A DNA stretch of 64,000 nucleotides, from the NCBI RefSeq assembly GCF_009914755.1, contig NC_060929.1; one strand, written 5' to 3'. Under the pieces are notes generated by a model. That model was not told the DNA's origin, searched no databases, and saw nothing but the letters and a program-made list of their open reading frames with translations. The DNA comes from the human T2T-CHM13v2.0 reference genome, Homo sapiens. Shown piece after piece: positions 36,491 to 52,047 of the stretch (the first letter of the stretch is position 1; each line of letters opens with the position of its first letter). A program made the position numbers and the translations under genes.

Positions 36491-36900
36491 CCAGGAGGCA
36501 TTTTGGACACTGATGAGGGCATTGTTGTTTGTCAAAGTGACAGGGGAGGGGTTTAACCAGCAATGGATTGGCAGGAATGCTAGATGTACAAGAAATACAC
36601 CCACCATAACAAAAAGCCTCATGACTCATATGACCATCAAATGTCCTACCAAACATTTATATAGGCAAAATGTTTATAATTATATAGATATCTATTTAGC
36701 TTTCATTTCAAAATACCAAAAATTTTAAGGAAGATTTTGACAATATTAATAGAGTCTTTCCTTTCTTCTCTTAAATCCAAAGTTTTTCCTTAAAAGCTCC
36801 TATTTCATTATGTCTTTTAGTATATTTGTGCCTGTGAATTTACATATTGAATTAGATATTTTATTATAAACTCATTTCCTTTCACTTCTTTATAATTCAA
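36490..36900 (+). mobile_element. MER20/MER20B-like hAT-Charlie remnant
   Basis: ggaggcattttggacac...ttgtttgtcaaagtgacaggggag...ggcaggaatgctaga resembles the MER20 family. Confidence 0.5.
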
Positions 36901-37275
36901 TTATGGCATTAAATTAATTTTTTATCGTGTGTAGCTGGTTATATATTAGCAACATGATGAGATTAAAAACATTGAGCTGAGTGAAAAAAGATTGGAATGA
37001 CATCTATAAAATACCACTTATTAAAATATTAGCATTTTATAATTAAAAGTTTTGGAAACCTACATACATATTAACTATACACATCTTACAAGAACACGTA
37101 GGGAAAGATGCACATTACACACATTAGGATAGCTGCCTGAGGGAAGAAGAAAATGGGAGTAGGGAATGAGTTAGAACAGGAGATAATGACATCACAGGAG
37201 AGCAGCCTTGCTCAGCCCATCAAGGAGTAGACTTCATCCCCTGCCCTGGAGCTCGGTTAAAAAAGAAAATATTTT

Positions 37276-37600
<325 letters not shown>

Positions 37601-37620
37601 TTATTAAATTTAATTATATA

Positions 37621-37745
37621 TTTTATATAAAATATAATTTTATACAATATAATATATATTTTATATAAAATATAATTTTATACAATATAATATATATTTT
37701 ATATAAAATATAATTTTATATAATATAATATATATTTTATATATA
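37621..37745. repeat. 38-bp AT-rich minisatellite, about 3.3 copies
   Basis: Unit TTTTATATAAAATATAATTTTATACAATATAATATATA starting at 37621, 37659 and 37697. Confidence 0.92.
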
Positions 37746-38199
37746 TATAAAATTGCTGTAGTCCTAGCAACTTGGGAGGGTGAGGTGGGGGAAAAATGGC
37801 TTAAGCCTGGGAAGTCAAGTCTGCAATGAGTTGTGATTGTGCCACTGCACTCTAGCCCGAGTGACATAGCGAGACCCTGTCTCAAAAAAATAATAGTAAT
37901 AAATAAAGTTACATACCTAGGAAGGTGAAAGCAGCAGGCAGCCTCATAGGCAGGGCAGGAGGAGGAGGACCTAGGCATTGCTCTGCAACACTCCCAATAT
38001 CACCAAGGGGCAGAGCAAGAGAAAAGCGAGCAAACAGACTTGTATATAAGTATTCATAGCAGCTTTGTCATAGCCAAGACCCATAAACAACACAAATGTC
38101 CACTTGCGGATGAATGGGTAAACAAATTGTGATATATCCAAAATGCCCCAGGGTGGTATTTCCCCTCCGAGAACCCAAAATCCAAATTTCTTTTGAAAA

Positions 38200-39132
<933 letters not shown>

Positions 39133-39134
39133 AG

Positions 39135-39945
39135 ATTTTTAAGTGTATGATATGGTATTGCTATCTATAGGTACAGTGTGATACAGCAGATCTCTAGGAC
39201 TTAATCTTGCATAATTGAAACTTTATACTGTACCCATTGATTAGCGACTACAAATTTCCCTTTTGCCCCAGCCCCTGGTAACCCCATTCTCCTCTGATTC
39301 CATGAGTTCAGCAATTTTAGATCTCTCCTATAAATAGAATCATGCAGTATTTGTCCTTCTCTGACGGGCTTATTTCACTTGGCACAGTGTCCTTCAAGTT
39401 CATCCATGTTGTCATGTATTGCAGGGTTTTCTTCTCTTTTTAAGGCTGAATAGTATTCTGTTATATGTATATACCACATTTTAAAAATCATTCATCTTTG
39501 GATGACATTTAGGTTGTTTCCAAATCTTACCTATTGTGAATAAGTGCTGTAATGAACATGGAGTGCAGTTAGCTCTTTCACATCCTAATTTTAATTATTT
39601 TAAATAAATAACCAGAAGTGGGATTGCTGGATCATGTAGTAGTCCTATTTTTAATTTTTTAAGGAATTTCCGTACTTTTTTCCATAGTAGTTCCACCATT
39701 TTGTACTCTTACTAATAGTGTACCAAGGTTCCAATTTCTCCACATCCTCATCAATGCTTGTTGTCTTTTACAATTTATTTTTGTTTTCTTAAATAATAGC
39801 CATCCTGACAGGCTTTTAGTAGTATCTCATTGTGGTTTCATTTTGCATTTCCCTGATGATTAGTGATGTTGAGCATGTTTTCATACACCTGTTGGCCATT
39901 CATATGTTTCCTTTGGCAAAACATCTATTTGAGTCCTTTGCCCCC
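39135..39945 (-). mobile_element. L1MA/L1MB-type 3' end
   Basis: Typical antisense L1 text (cagcagatctctag, ggcttatttcactt, aaggctgaatagtattc, ccagaagtgggattgctggatca, ttgcatttccctgatgattagtgatgttgagca). Confidence 0.9.
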
Positions 39946-40242
39946 CTTTTTTTTTTTTTTTTGTAGAGATGGGGTCTTGCAATGTTGCACAGGCTGGTCT
40001 TATGTATATACATTTATGTTGACCTTTTATTCCTCGTAGTAACCTTATGAAATAGATACTAATTATTATCTATTTTTAGATGAGGAAAATGGGACATGAA
40101 GAGGTTAAATAGGTTGTTAAAAATCACATGCAGGTAAATGGCAGAACTGAGGTTTATAAACCTAGATGGTCTGGTTTTGGAGTTCCTGCTCCTAACTGTT
40201 GCACCATATTGCCTCCCAACGTTTAAAAATTAGGAGCTTTCA

Positions 40243-40548
40243 GCTGGGCGCAGTGGCTCATGCCTGTAATCCCAGCACTTTGGGAGACTGAGGCGGGTGG
40301 ATCACCTGAGGTCAGGAGTTTGAAACCAGCCTGAACAACATGGTGAAACCCTGTCTCTACTAAAAATACAAAAATTAGCTGGCTGTTGTGGCATCTGCCT
40401 GTAATCCCAGCTATAAAAGAGACTGAGGCAGGAGAATTGCTTGAACCCAGGAGGCGGAGGTTGCAGGAAGCTGAGATCGCACCATTTGCACTCCAGCCTG
40501 GGCAACAAGAGCGAAACTCCATCTCAAAAATAAATAAATAAATAAAAA
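40243..40548 (+). mobile_element. AluSq
   Basis: Full Alu with (AAAT)n tail; TSD aaaattaggag. Confidence 0.92.
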
Positions 40549-41051
40549 TTAGGAGATTTCCTGTCAAACCGTGGAGAGCTGGCTTCTCTTGAAAAATCAG
40601 AAAAAGAGAGGACACTGGGCCATATCCCCTGAGGTCACAATTGGCTCGTGCTGCATCAGGCCAGTCCCTTAGCGAGGTGGTGTTCTCTGGCTCACCCCCA
40701 GCCCCACCAGTCCCCCACTTCCCTGACTCTGAGTTCCTGTTCACTTGACCCAGTTCCTACACTCGTTTGTACCAACAGACACTTTAGTCTTCAACCCCTG
40801 GGTTAAGGTTGTATGATAATATTTATAGATATGAATATTTATACAAAGAATATTTATGCAAGCACCAGGCACTTTTGTTCTGAGAGAGGAAGTGTTTTCT
40901 TCCCCATTTTATGTGTGAGTAACTGAAGCATGGTGAGGGCCCGTACTCGCATGAGTAACAGAGACAGGGTTTGAACTGTGCAGTGCTTTCAGCTGTATTA
41001 TCTCCCCTTCCTTTGTGGTCTGGGGGTTCCTGCATCCTGTTAAAGATTCTA

Positions 41052-41352
41052 GGCTGGGCGTGGTGGTTCACACCTGTAATCCCAGCACTTTGGGAGGCCG
41101 AGGTGGGCAGATCACCTGAGGTCAGGAGTTCAAGACCAGCCTGGCCACATAGTGAAACCCCATCTCTACTAAAAATGCGAAACTAAGCTGAGCATGGTGG
41201 TGTGCACCTGTAATCCCAGCTACTCGGGAGGCTGAGGCAGGAGAATCACTTGAAACTGGGAGCAGAGGTTGCAGTTAGCCGAGAGTGCACCACTGCACTC
41301 CAGCCTGGGGAACAGAGTGAGACTCTGTCTCAAAAAAAAAAAAAAAAAAAAA
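41052..41352 (+). mobile_element. AluSx
   Basis: Full Alu; TSD aaagattctagg. Confidence 0.92.
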
Positions 41353-43276
41353 GATTCTAGGGGTAAAGTTGATCATTAGAGCAGATGAAATTTCGGTACT
41401 GAAGGAACCACATGTGAAGAAGCCGTACGAACAGCTCACTTCTGTTTTTGTCTATGCACTGAGTAGATTCTAGCCTTAGAGAGCATAGTCAGCTCTCTAG
41501 AACTATTTATTGAATGAAAAATAGACCAGGAAGAGTCACCTGTTGAGAGTCTCATAAAGAGGAGAGAAATCTGACAAAATTTCAAACAGCGAATCAGTAC
41601 CTAGTAGAAATTAAAAAATTTTATTTACTGAATTTTTTTTAATAACTGGAGGAAATGCCCTGTTTGTTTTTTTTTTCTAGCTAGTATTAAGGATTTTTTG
41701 TTTTTGTAAGAAAATGATACAATTCTGGCCCATTTCTCAAGCAAGTTTATTTTAAAATTCCCACAATTCTCTTTAAGTGTTTTGGGAGTTGGAGCAAGTG
41801 ATAACAAAAGCAGCTGAGAAATGAGGCTTTGGCCTGGTTATTGTCTAACCAGGTGGGTTGAGGTCCCTGAACTTTAAGAAGCTTTTGTGCTTCCAGCTGT
41901 ACCAGGGGGATTAGTGGCTTAGTCCTACCTCATGGGAGCACATTTTATTGTTACTTCTCATAGAGCTGAAACCATAATGTTATGGTTTTTTATACAGCAC
42001 CATCTGCTTCAGGCTCTCGACATGCTTAGAGTGTTTCCCCTCACTCCCCCTTCAAGTTTCTCCCTCCACATAAGTTCAGTATCTGGAAGAGTGAATTCAC
42101 TTTGGGCATAGCAACAGATGTGCATGGTAATATGTAAAATGCAGTCGGTTAGTTACCAATCAGTCATGTGGTCATCAAATGTTTAATGCAGACAAGGCAG
42201 TGTGCTAGACTGCTGTGATGGAAACAAAGTTAAGTAAAATGTGGTTTTTGCTTTACGGGACCTAGTGGGGGCATATTATACAAAGACATACAAAAGGTTT
42301 AATAGCTGTAGGAAATAAAAAAGTTAATGAACATAAGTAGAAGAGAGTATATGCAGCTCATCATTAATTTCCAAATGAAGGCTGCAGTTGTTAAGTGCTA
42401 TAGGAAGTCAGTGTTCTCTTTGATAAAGTTCCTTCTTGAGAAGCAAAGTCCAGAATGAATGTGCACAATGCAATTAGAGGGACACTTTGACAGGAACAAA
42501 GCTGCTTGTGTAAATGCAAGGTCTCTCTTCAGCATGGTCCGGAAATTCATTCTGTAACAAAGAACTGTAATTCCAAGTCAATGACACCTTCTAAATCCTC
42601 TCAGACTATGCCCAAAATTATAGAGAAGGAATGGCGAGTCAATTCCGTTCAGTCAGAACTGGATAGCTGTGTACTTTGCTCAAATGCCTGGGATCTAATG
42701 GAGATGGGACAGCAGCCAGGAGATAAAGCAAGTCAATACAGGCCTGGGAGAACTCTGATGCTGGAGCAGATAATGAGGAAGGGGCCAGGATTTGAAAGCG
42801 TGACCTCTAAGTCTTCCTGTGTAATGAACGGAATATAATGGAGGGCTGAGATCTGAGACCCTAGTGCACCTGTGTCTGTGGCTACCTGGTCAGCAGCCTG
42901 GCTTTATCCCTAGATAACTTGGATGAGTGCTGTGGGAACTTGACAACCTTCAGGCTACCATTACTGCTTACTGAAAAGAGTAGAAGGCAAGAAATTTCCT
43001 CTAAAGGAAATAGGTGTGGGGCTTCGTGGTTAAGAACTTGAACTTTCATGTCAGGACCTAGCTTCCCCACTCACCAGCTGTGTGGCCTTGAGCAAGTCAC
43101 TTACCCTTTCTGAGTCTCAGATTTATCACCTGAAAAATGGGAGAAAAAATGATATTACCTACCCTGTTGTGTTATTGTAAGGGTTAAGTAAGACAAGGGA
43201 TTCAAAAGGCACTTAGCAGTGTATATGGCTCATGTGAGATCACAATAAATTATATGTTATTGTTATTAAAGATGAT

Positions 43277-43329
43277 GAGGCAGGAGGATTGCTTGAGGCT
43301 AGGAGTTAGAGACCAACCTGGGCCCTCAG

Positions 43330-43363
<34 letters not shown>

Positions 43364-43531
43364 AGCTGGGTGTGGCAGTACATACCTGTAAGTCCTAGCT
43401 AGTGGGGAGACTGAGGTGGAAGGATCCCTTGAGCCCAGGAGTTTGAGGTTACACTGAGCTAAGATTGCACTGCTGCACTCTAGCCTGGGCAACAGAGCAA
43501 GACCCTATTCCTCAAAAAAAAAAAAAAAAAA
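43277..43531 (+). mobile_element. 5'-truncated AluJ with expanded middle A-tract
   Basis: Alu arms separated by about 30 A. Confidence 0.87.
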
Positions 43532-43844
43532 AGAGTCATGAGGATAAATATTTTTAAATTACTATTTCCTTGTAGAAGTTCAGGAACTGGCTTAGAGACA
43601 AAGCAGGAATTATTCCACTCTTCCCCTAGGTTCTCCATGAGCAACCTTTGAGAAGATAGCTAACTCATGTTAGTGTTATAGTAACTCATGGTAGAGGGTG
43701 GGATGAGGTTTTATAGCAGGGCCCTCACTTCTAAAATCCAAACTTACATAAAGCTAAAAGGGCAGCTCTCTGAAGGCATAGGTGCAAGACTGCTGCTGAG
43801 GGACCAGAATATTTTTATTTCTCTCCCCTTAGAAAATCTTAGAG

Positions 43845-43990
43845 CAGTGCTTCTTAAGCTCTGACATGCAGATGAGTCAGAGCTTAAGAAGCACTGCTCT
43901 AAGACATGAACCTGAGATTCTGCACTTCTAACAAGCTCCCAGATGATGCCAATGCTACTGGCCCTCAGACTACATTTTAAGTAGCAAAGT
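43845..43990. mobile_element. MER5A/MER5A1 with internal rearrangement
   Basis: cagtgcttcttaagct... and gcacttctaacaagctcccagatgatgcc...aagtagcaa match the MER5A-family ends; the middle is replaced by an inverted copy. Confidence 0.75.
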
Positions 43991-44279
43991 CCTAAAAGGC
44001 CTTGGGTCATTTAGTCTAGTGGCATGACTGAACCCTCTCTATGACTTTCCTGAAAATGCTAATTCAGTTTTTTATTGAAAACCTGCAGTGATGACAAGCT
44101 CCCTACATGCCAGGCAGCCTTTTCTGTTTCCAGATGGCAGGCATGATAGGAAGTCTTTTTACTGAGCCGATGCTCACCTCCATATGACACCCATCCATTG
44201 GTTCTGGTTTATGACTTTGGCAAGGGGTGGGCGTTACACAGGTGATGCCTAATCCCGAGGCTCTGAACGCTGGTTTTGG

Positions 44280-44850
<571 letters not shown>

Positions 44851-45195
44851 CTGAGTCTCTTTTATTTATTTATTTTTACATAAGTCTCCATGGAACATGG
44901 TTTCAGGGATCCTCGTAATCCTGATAGTTTTTCCTAGTATGTCTGTATCCCTCTAATTTTGGTACCCAGAATCATGTACAAGCTAAAAAGCCACCTGACC
45001 AGCAGGAAGGGTAAGCTGTCTGTCTTTCATTTGACCCGAGGCTTCTTTCAGTTCTTCCTAAAAGTGTAATATCTGCTTTGGAAACCTTGGTACACTTAAT
45101 AGTGCTGTCAGTTTGGAATGTTTATGTTGCAGATTAAAAAAAAAATTTAAACAGAATTCGTTGGTGTATTTACAGGGCTGGGGGCAGCAGGGTAG

Positions 45196-45685
<490 letters not shown>

Positions 45686-45982
45686 TCTTCCACCATCCTG
45701 GATGGTTTGTGTGGTTTCTGGACTATGTATGCGGGATCTGTTCCTGTTATTTATTTCTATAAAGTATCTTGTTAGTCCATTGTCCTGATTATACCATCTC
45801 CCCTCTCAGACTCCCTGCCTAGTTTAGGGTCATCTTCAAATCTGATCAGCATGCCAGCAAATTAATGATGTTGAACCAGACAGGGTCAAAGACAGAGCCA
45901 ACGACATGCCCCTCAGTTACTCCTGCCAGGGTTGGTGTCACATCTCCTTTGAACATGGATGAGCATTTCTCAAAGCATATTC

Positions 45983-46139
45983 CTTTTTTTTTTTTTCAAT
46001 ATCCTCTCTTGAGGTCACCTTTGGCAGGCTATTGATTGATTGATTGAGACATGGTCTTGCTATATTGACCAGGCTGGCCTTGATCCTCCTGCTTCAGCCT
46101 GAGTAACTGGGACTACAGGCACTGGCCACGACACCTGGT
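45983..46139 (-). mobile_element. Monomeric Alu (FLAM-like) retrocopy with unique 3' tag and poly-A
   Basis: TSD TCAAAGCATATTC at 45970-45982 and 46140-46152 encloses the monomer, an (AATC)n tail, 34 unique nt and A13. Confidence 0.8.
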
Positions 46140-46195
46140 TCAAAGCATATTCTGAAGAATACCAGCCTGAAGGATACTCAATAACAGAGCCCTGT

Positions 46196-46387
46196 GAGCA
46201 ACACTGGAGACTCAGAAGGGTGAGGAAGGAGAAAAGGGTGGATAGTGAGAAATTACTTAATGGGTACGACATCCATTATTTGGGTGATGGATACACTAAA
46301 GCTCAGACTTAACCACTACACAATATATCCATGTAACAACATTGCACTCGTACCTCTTAAATTTATACAAAACAACCCCAAACCAAC
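46196..46387 (+). mobile_element. 5'-truncated L1PB/L1MA 3' end
   Basis: gagaaattacttaatgggtac...ccactacacaatatatccatgtaacaacattgcac; TSD cagagccctgt (46185-46195, 46388-46398). Confidence 0.85.
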
Positions 46388-49300
46388 CAGAGCCCTGTAA
46401 TCAAATATGTTTAGATAGTGCTGTCTACCGTAATCCCTTCTGGAAGGCTCATGATGCTTATGAGCATATCACAAACTCTGAGAAGAAGTTGTTAGATGTA
46501 ATTTTCCAAACGTAACTGACCATGAGGCTCTCCCCTTCCCTGCCATGATAACCTGTATATAAATGTTGTAGAGAGCACAGTCTGAGCAGTGCTCATGTGG
46601 ATATTCCACCCGTTAACATTCCATTTAGTTGTGTTATCATCTGATTTCCTCTGTCATTAACCACAAGGGTGAAGTGACAGATGACATAAAGTGCCTTGCT
46701 GAAAACTGGTGTATCTTGCCAGCCTATCACCGATTCAGAAGGGAGTCTGTCTTCAGTTGGACACGATGCACCTGTTGCTGCTCTCATCCTAAGTCTGCCA
46801 GGTTGGCAGATTTAGGCACCCTGGCTGGGTACTTTTCAGGTGTTCTGTTAAGAGCAAAACCCAGACAGGCCTGGAGGCTCTCAGGAAAACCCAAAGCCAG
46901 GGAGTGGCCTATCATCAACCACAGTGGTCATAGTAACTGAAATTTAATAATAGTCCACAGTTATTGAATTTTTACTTTGTGCCAGGCCCATAATACATAC
47001 TTCCTCTCCAAATCCTCACAAGAACCAGATGAGATGGGCAATACGACATCCTTACTTTATAAATGAGGAGCCTGACGCATGCAGAGCTTAGAGAGGTTAC
47101 TCAAAGGGATACAGCTAACAACAAATGGAGCCAACTGTCAAACTCAAGTTTGACTCACTCTGTAGTCCATGTGTTCATCAGATTCACTCTGTTTTTTTTT
47201 TTTTTTTCACAATCGCACAATCATCAGGCATTTATTAAATGTCAGCTTTGGGTCTGGCTCAGTATTTGGTGAAATTGAAGACACGACAAAATATTAATAG
47301 ACACAAGGAATTGACACTTTATTTGGAGGAACTTTTGTAGTTCAACGGAGAGAATACTTAGCAAGCAAATAGAAGTGAGTGCATGAAAACAGAGTGCCAA
47401 ATGCCACATAAGTGGCACAGGATATGCTTCCGTGGCCTGCTCAGACCTCAACGGCCAGATCTCTACGGCTTGCTTTTAGAAATCCACTTGCCTATGGATG
47501 CCTCACTCCCAGTCTTCCGCTTTGTCCATTCTCACAAATTCCCCTGTTTGTCTTTGTCTTCCCCTTGTGTGACCTCCGCTTGTCCCCAGGGGAAACCACT
47601 AACCTCTTGGCTCCTCAGTTCTCGGTCTGTGGTGAACTCCCCGCTGACATCCACAGCGCTTGGAGGTGACCTAGTTTGAGTGAAACGCTGGCTTTTCAGT
47701 TATATATCCAGTAGGCTGAGCTGGCAGCTTGTCAGCAGGCTCATGTCACCTAATGACTGTGTCAATTCCCTCCTTGCCTAGCTTCCTGCGAGTAAATATC
47801 CTCAGGATGCTCTTGGAATCCAGAAGGTGTAGGAAGCCTGTGAGGTGGCCAAAGAGAAAACAGGAAAAAGAAAGGGGGAGAGAAGCAGAGAGGGCCTGCT
47901 CCTCCCTGCCAAAGTCAAAAAGAACGCACACCAGGGAAGAAAATGCTCTAAAACAGAGAGAGAAACTTGTGATGAGGTATCTCCCTATAGAACAGTTTTG
48001 CTCGAAAGGACATTTGTTTTTAAACAAAAAAATTTTTTTTGGCCTAGTCCGAGCTCTCATTTCCCCCCTCACGCCATTCCTTCCTGTTTGGCGCTTTTCA
48101 AGTGGTATTACTTCTCATCCACAATAGTGACCTGCTGGGAGTCATAGCGGAGACATTTCCTCTCCTGTGGCTCTAGTTGTATTTTTAATCATCGACCTCC
48201 CCCCTCTTTCTTTCCCCTCTGGTTTTCTTCATAAACATTTTCTTAAGGCTGGGCAGCAAAGCCTCAGGTGTACCCATCACGTCCCTCAAAGCTTAGCTGT
48301 GTTTGGGGTTGATTTTTTTTATCCCCTCTCCAGGGGCTGCGGCATCCAGCATTCTGCACCATGACCTCCCTTTTGCCCAGTGAGCTACAGCCTTGAGTTT
48401 GGATGGTGCATACTCAGCGGTTTGGCTCTTGCAGTCGAGGGGAATAGTAATTCTGTGAGCTCATTCCCAGGGGAGCTACTCTCAAGATTCTAGGCCCTTC
48501 CAGCCCCGTTGGAGTTGGGTTAAAGGTTTCAAGTGGCGGTAGAGACGCTTGCCTGTCCAGCCTTGCCTGGGGCCACACAAGGTCATCTTGGGAGACTGGT
48601 CAGCTCCATGGTCCCCTCCAAAGACTTAAGAAGGCAATGTTTAAGTTGCACAAACCACCAGGACAGATGAATTGGTTAAGAGTTCTCTGTCATTTTCTCC
48701 AAACAGGTATTAATAAAACCATGGATTCATAATCCTGAAGTTTAGCCTCAAATTTTTCCACCAGAATACTGCTACTTTTACTGAATGTATATCTCCCAGT
48801 GTTGAGAAGCAATTCTTCCCTCTCTTTAGTCCTTCCTTTGATCAGTTCATTTGTTCACTCATTCATCCATCCATCTGTATGTTCAGTCGATAAACATTTG
48901 TTGAGCAGTTCATGGCCACGCACTGGGTAAACACAACAAACAAGGCCCTGCCCTTTTGCGGTTTATGGTCCATGGGAAGAGACCGCCAAGATGTAAAACA
49001 GGAACATGTGGCCATCCACTGGGAACCCGCTATGGAGGGAATGGTGAGGATGCTGTAGTAGAGAAGCAGAATGGGGAGGCCCATCTGAACTCAGACACAA
49101 AGGATGTGAAGGAGCTGACAGGTGGGGAGCTGGTAGGTCTACTGAACATTCCCTGCAGACGGTCAGCAGGTATGCACATATATGGCGGGGGGTGGGGGCA
49201 GGCTGTTAGGTACAAAACTTTAGCAGTCTTAATCCAATAGGACCCTTGGGGGAAGAATGTCACCATATCAACTACTCAACTTTTGAATGCCAGGGCCCGC

Positions 49301-51048
49301 CCATGGCAGACAAGAAAAAGATCCACAGCATCTGCCCCTATTCTGCGTACCCACCTGGCCCCACCAAGTTTTATATCCTTGACTGAGTCTGTGATGAACT
49401 GTCGGCAGATGTTCATGTGCTGTCTCTTCAGTCAGGTCTGTAATCTCTTGGCAAGCCCATTCTGTCACTCTCTCAGTTCCTGCTGTTGATCCATTCAAGG
49501 GAGTGGTTTCCTGAATCCTATCACAGTTTTATGGTACTTGGAGCCCAAAGTTATAACAAATGTTTGCATGATATATAATATGTTCCTTACAATATGCTCA
49601 CTTATCTATATTAAAAGGTATTAACCACCATTCATAGCAAATGGAACTATGGCTCCAAGAGGATAAATAACCTACGGAGCTCCAGGCTGGTGAAGGAGAG
49701 GAGCTGGGAATCACTCCTGCGTTTTCTGGCTGTTAAGTGACTTTCTCACCAATTTGAGTTGCAATTACTGTCATGGATACCAGTTGGGTACAGTTTCTGT
49801 TTGGAGTCTTCTTGGGAAGGGATAGAACAGTCAAGAAACTGCCCCACTATCAAACCCACGGAATCCAAAGAATTTGCATCCACAAATCTCCTGCCTCTCA
49901 TGAAGCCCATTCTGCTTGTCCCACCCTGGTGAGACTTTAAAGCTGATCCCTGAGCTGAAATGACCGGATGGAGTGAGCATTATGTATTATGTTGTTATTT
50001 AATAAAGGGTGTGTTGTTCCCTACTTGGCAGTGGGGCCAAGTCGCTGTTCTAGCAGGTGGTGGGTAACTGAACCCAAGCCCCCTGATCTTCTCTCAGGAA
50101 CTCCCTGGTCAAGCCTTTGATATCAGAACAAGAGGAGAAAACAGTGACATAGGACACTTCCTGTCCCAAAGGGGATGTGACACAGGACACCTGAAACAAC
50201 AGGCAGAAGAAAAGTTTCACTGGAGCCGCTTCGGAGAGCTGCCTTCAGCCTGCCCGCCATGAGCCATCTCAGATTTGGGAAGAGTGGGACTGGGCCAGCT
50301 GTTTCCATGTTTAGCTCAGTGGATTAGCTTTTGTCCTCTATGGGTTAGGCACTGACATTCCAGCTCCCGCCACTTCAGAGGGTGTGACGCAGTGATGGAG
50401 ATGCACAAGCAGGCAATAAAAACTAGTATAATGAGGTTCAAGTTTTAATAGAGAAAGTAGAGCCCAGGTGCCTAGACTATCCTGGAGGTCAGGGAAGGCT
50501 TCCTGGAGGAAGAGGAGTCTAGGCTGGGTCTTGAAGGATGAATAGAATTTGACCACATACAGTTAGTTGCACAGGCTCCAAAGGTCTTAAAAGAAAAATG
50601 AAAGCTTAGGCTTAAGAAATCTGACAAATTTAAGAAATTGAAACTTTAATGCCAGGTTTGTTTCCCTCTGCCCCCACCTCCACACCTTCCGCATCCGCCT
50701 ATGCCCCAAGTCTCTAGCTCCTCCCTGTTGCTAGAGGCATGGCTCACATTGTGTGGGGCATGTGGAAAGGGCTGATATGTGGTTGGTTGTCTTGGGGCTA
50801 GATGTATGCAAATGAGACTTTTATCTTTAGAATCTTGGAAGCAAGAGTCCCAGATTAAAATCACCCAACATGTTTTTGATTTTTTTTTTTTTAATCTGGT
50901 TCATATCCAACCAGCAATTCACTTCAGGGCTGTGAAAGTTAACTGTTTGAGACTGTCACAAATTCCAAGTGCATTGTTTTATGCGACAGAGATGAAAAAG
51001 ATATGGGAGTTTGGATATTTTGGTCATAATCTCAACTCTGCCAGAGAC

Positions 51049-51670
51049 TTTTGTTTTTTAGAGACAAGGCCTTGCTCTGTTGCCCAGGCTGGAGTGCAGT
51101 GGTGTGATCATAGCTCACTGCAGCCTCAAACTCCTGGGTCCAAGTGACCCTCTGCCTCAGCCTCCTGAGTAGCTAGGACTACAGGTGCACAACCTTACAC
51201 TTGACTAGTTTTTTTGTTTTTTGTTTTTTGTTTTGAGACAGAGTGTCACTCTGTCACCCAGGCTGGAGTGCAATGGCACTGTCTTGGCTCACTGCAACCT
51301 CTGCCTCCTGGGTTCAAGCGATTCTCCTTGCCTCAGCCTCCCAAGTAGCTGGGATTACAGGCACCCGCCACCATGCCCGGCTAATATTTGTATTTTTAGT
51401 AGAGACAGGGTTTTACTATGTTGGCCAGGCTGGTCTCCAACCCTGACTTCCGGTCATCTGCCCGCCCTGGCTTCCCAAAGTGCTGGGATTACAGGCATGA
51501 GCCACCACGCCTGGCCACTTGACTAGTTTTTTTTACTTTTTTTTTTTTCTGTGGAGATGGGGGTCTTGCGTTGTTGGCCAGGCTGGTTTTGAATTCCTAG
51601 GCTCAAGCAATCCTCCCGCCTCAGCCTCCCAAAGTGCTGAGAGTACAGGTGTGAGCCACTATGCCTGGGC
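51049..51670 (-). mobile_element. AluJ split at its middle A-tract by AluS (51208-51515)
   Basis: TSD cacttgactagttttttt flanks the inner Alu. Confidence 0.9.
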
Positions 51671-51754
51671 AAGACTATTCTTATGATCTTGGATGACTCA
51701 TGTCACTTCAACCAAAAAAGAGAACAAAATCTCTGACATTTATCCATCTATTAC

Positions 51755-52047
<293 letters not shown>

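Noticed and set aside
36401-36656. Cys/His-rich short ORF suggesting a zinc-finger pseudogene
   Set aside because: Spacing fits no zinc-finger type and the DNA looks like a MER20-family remnant.
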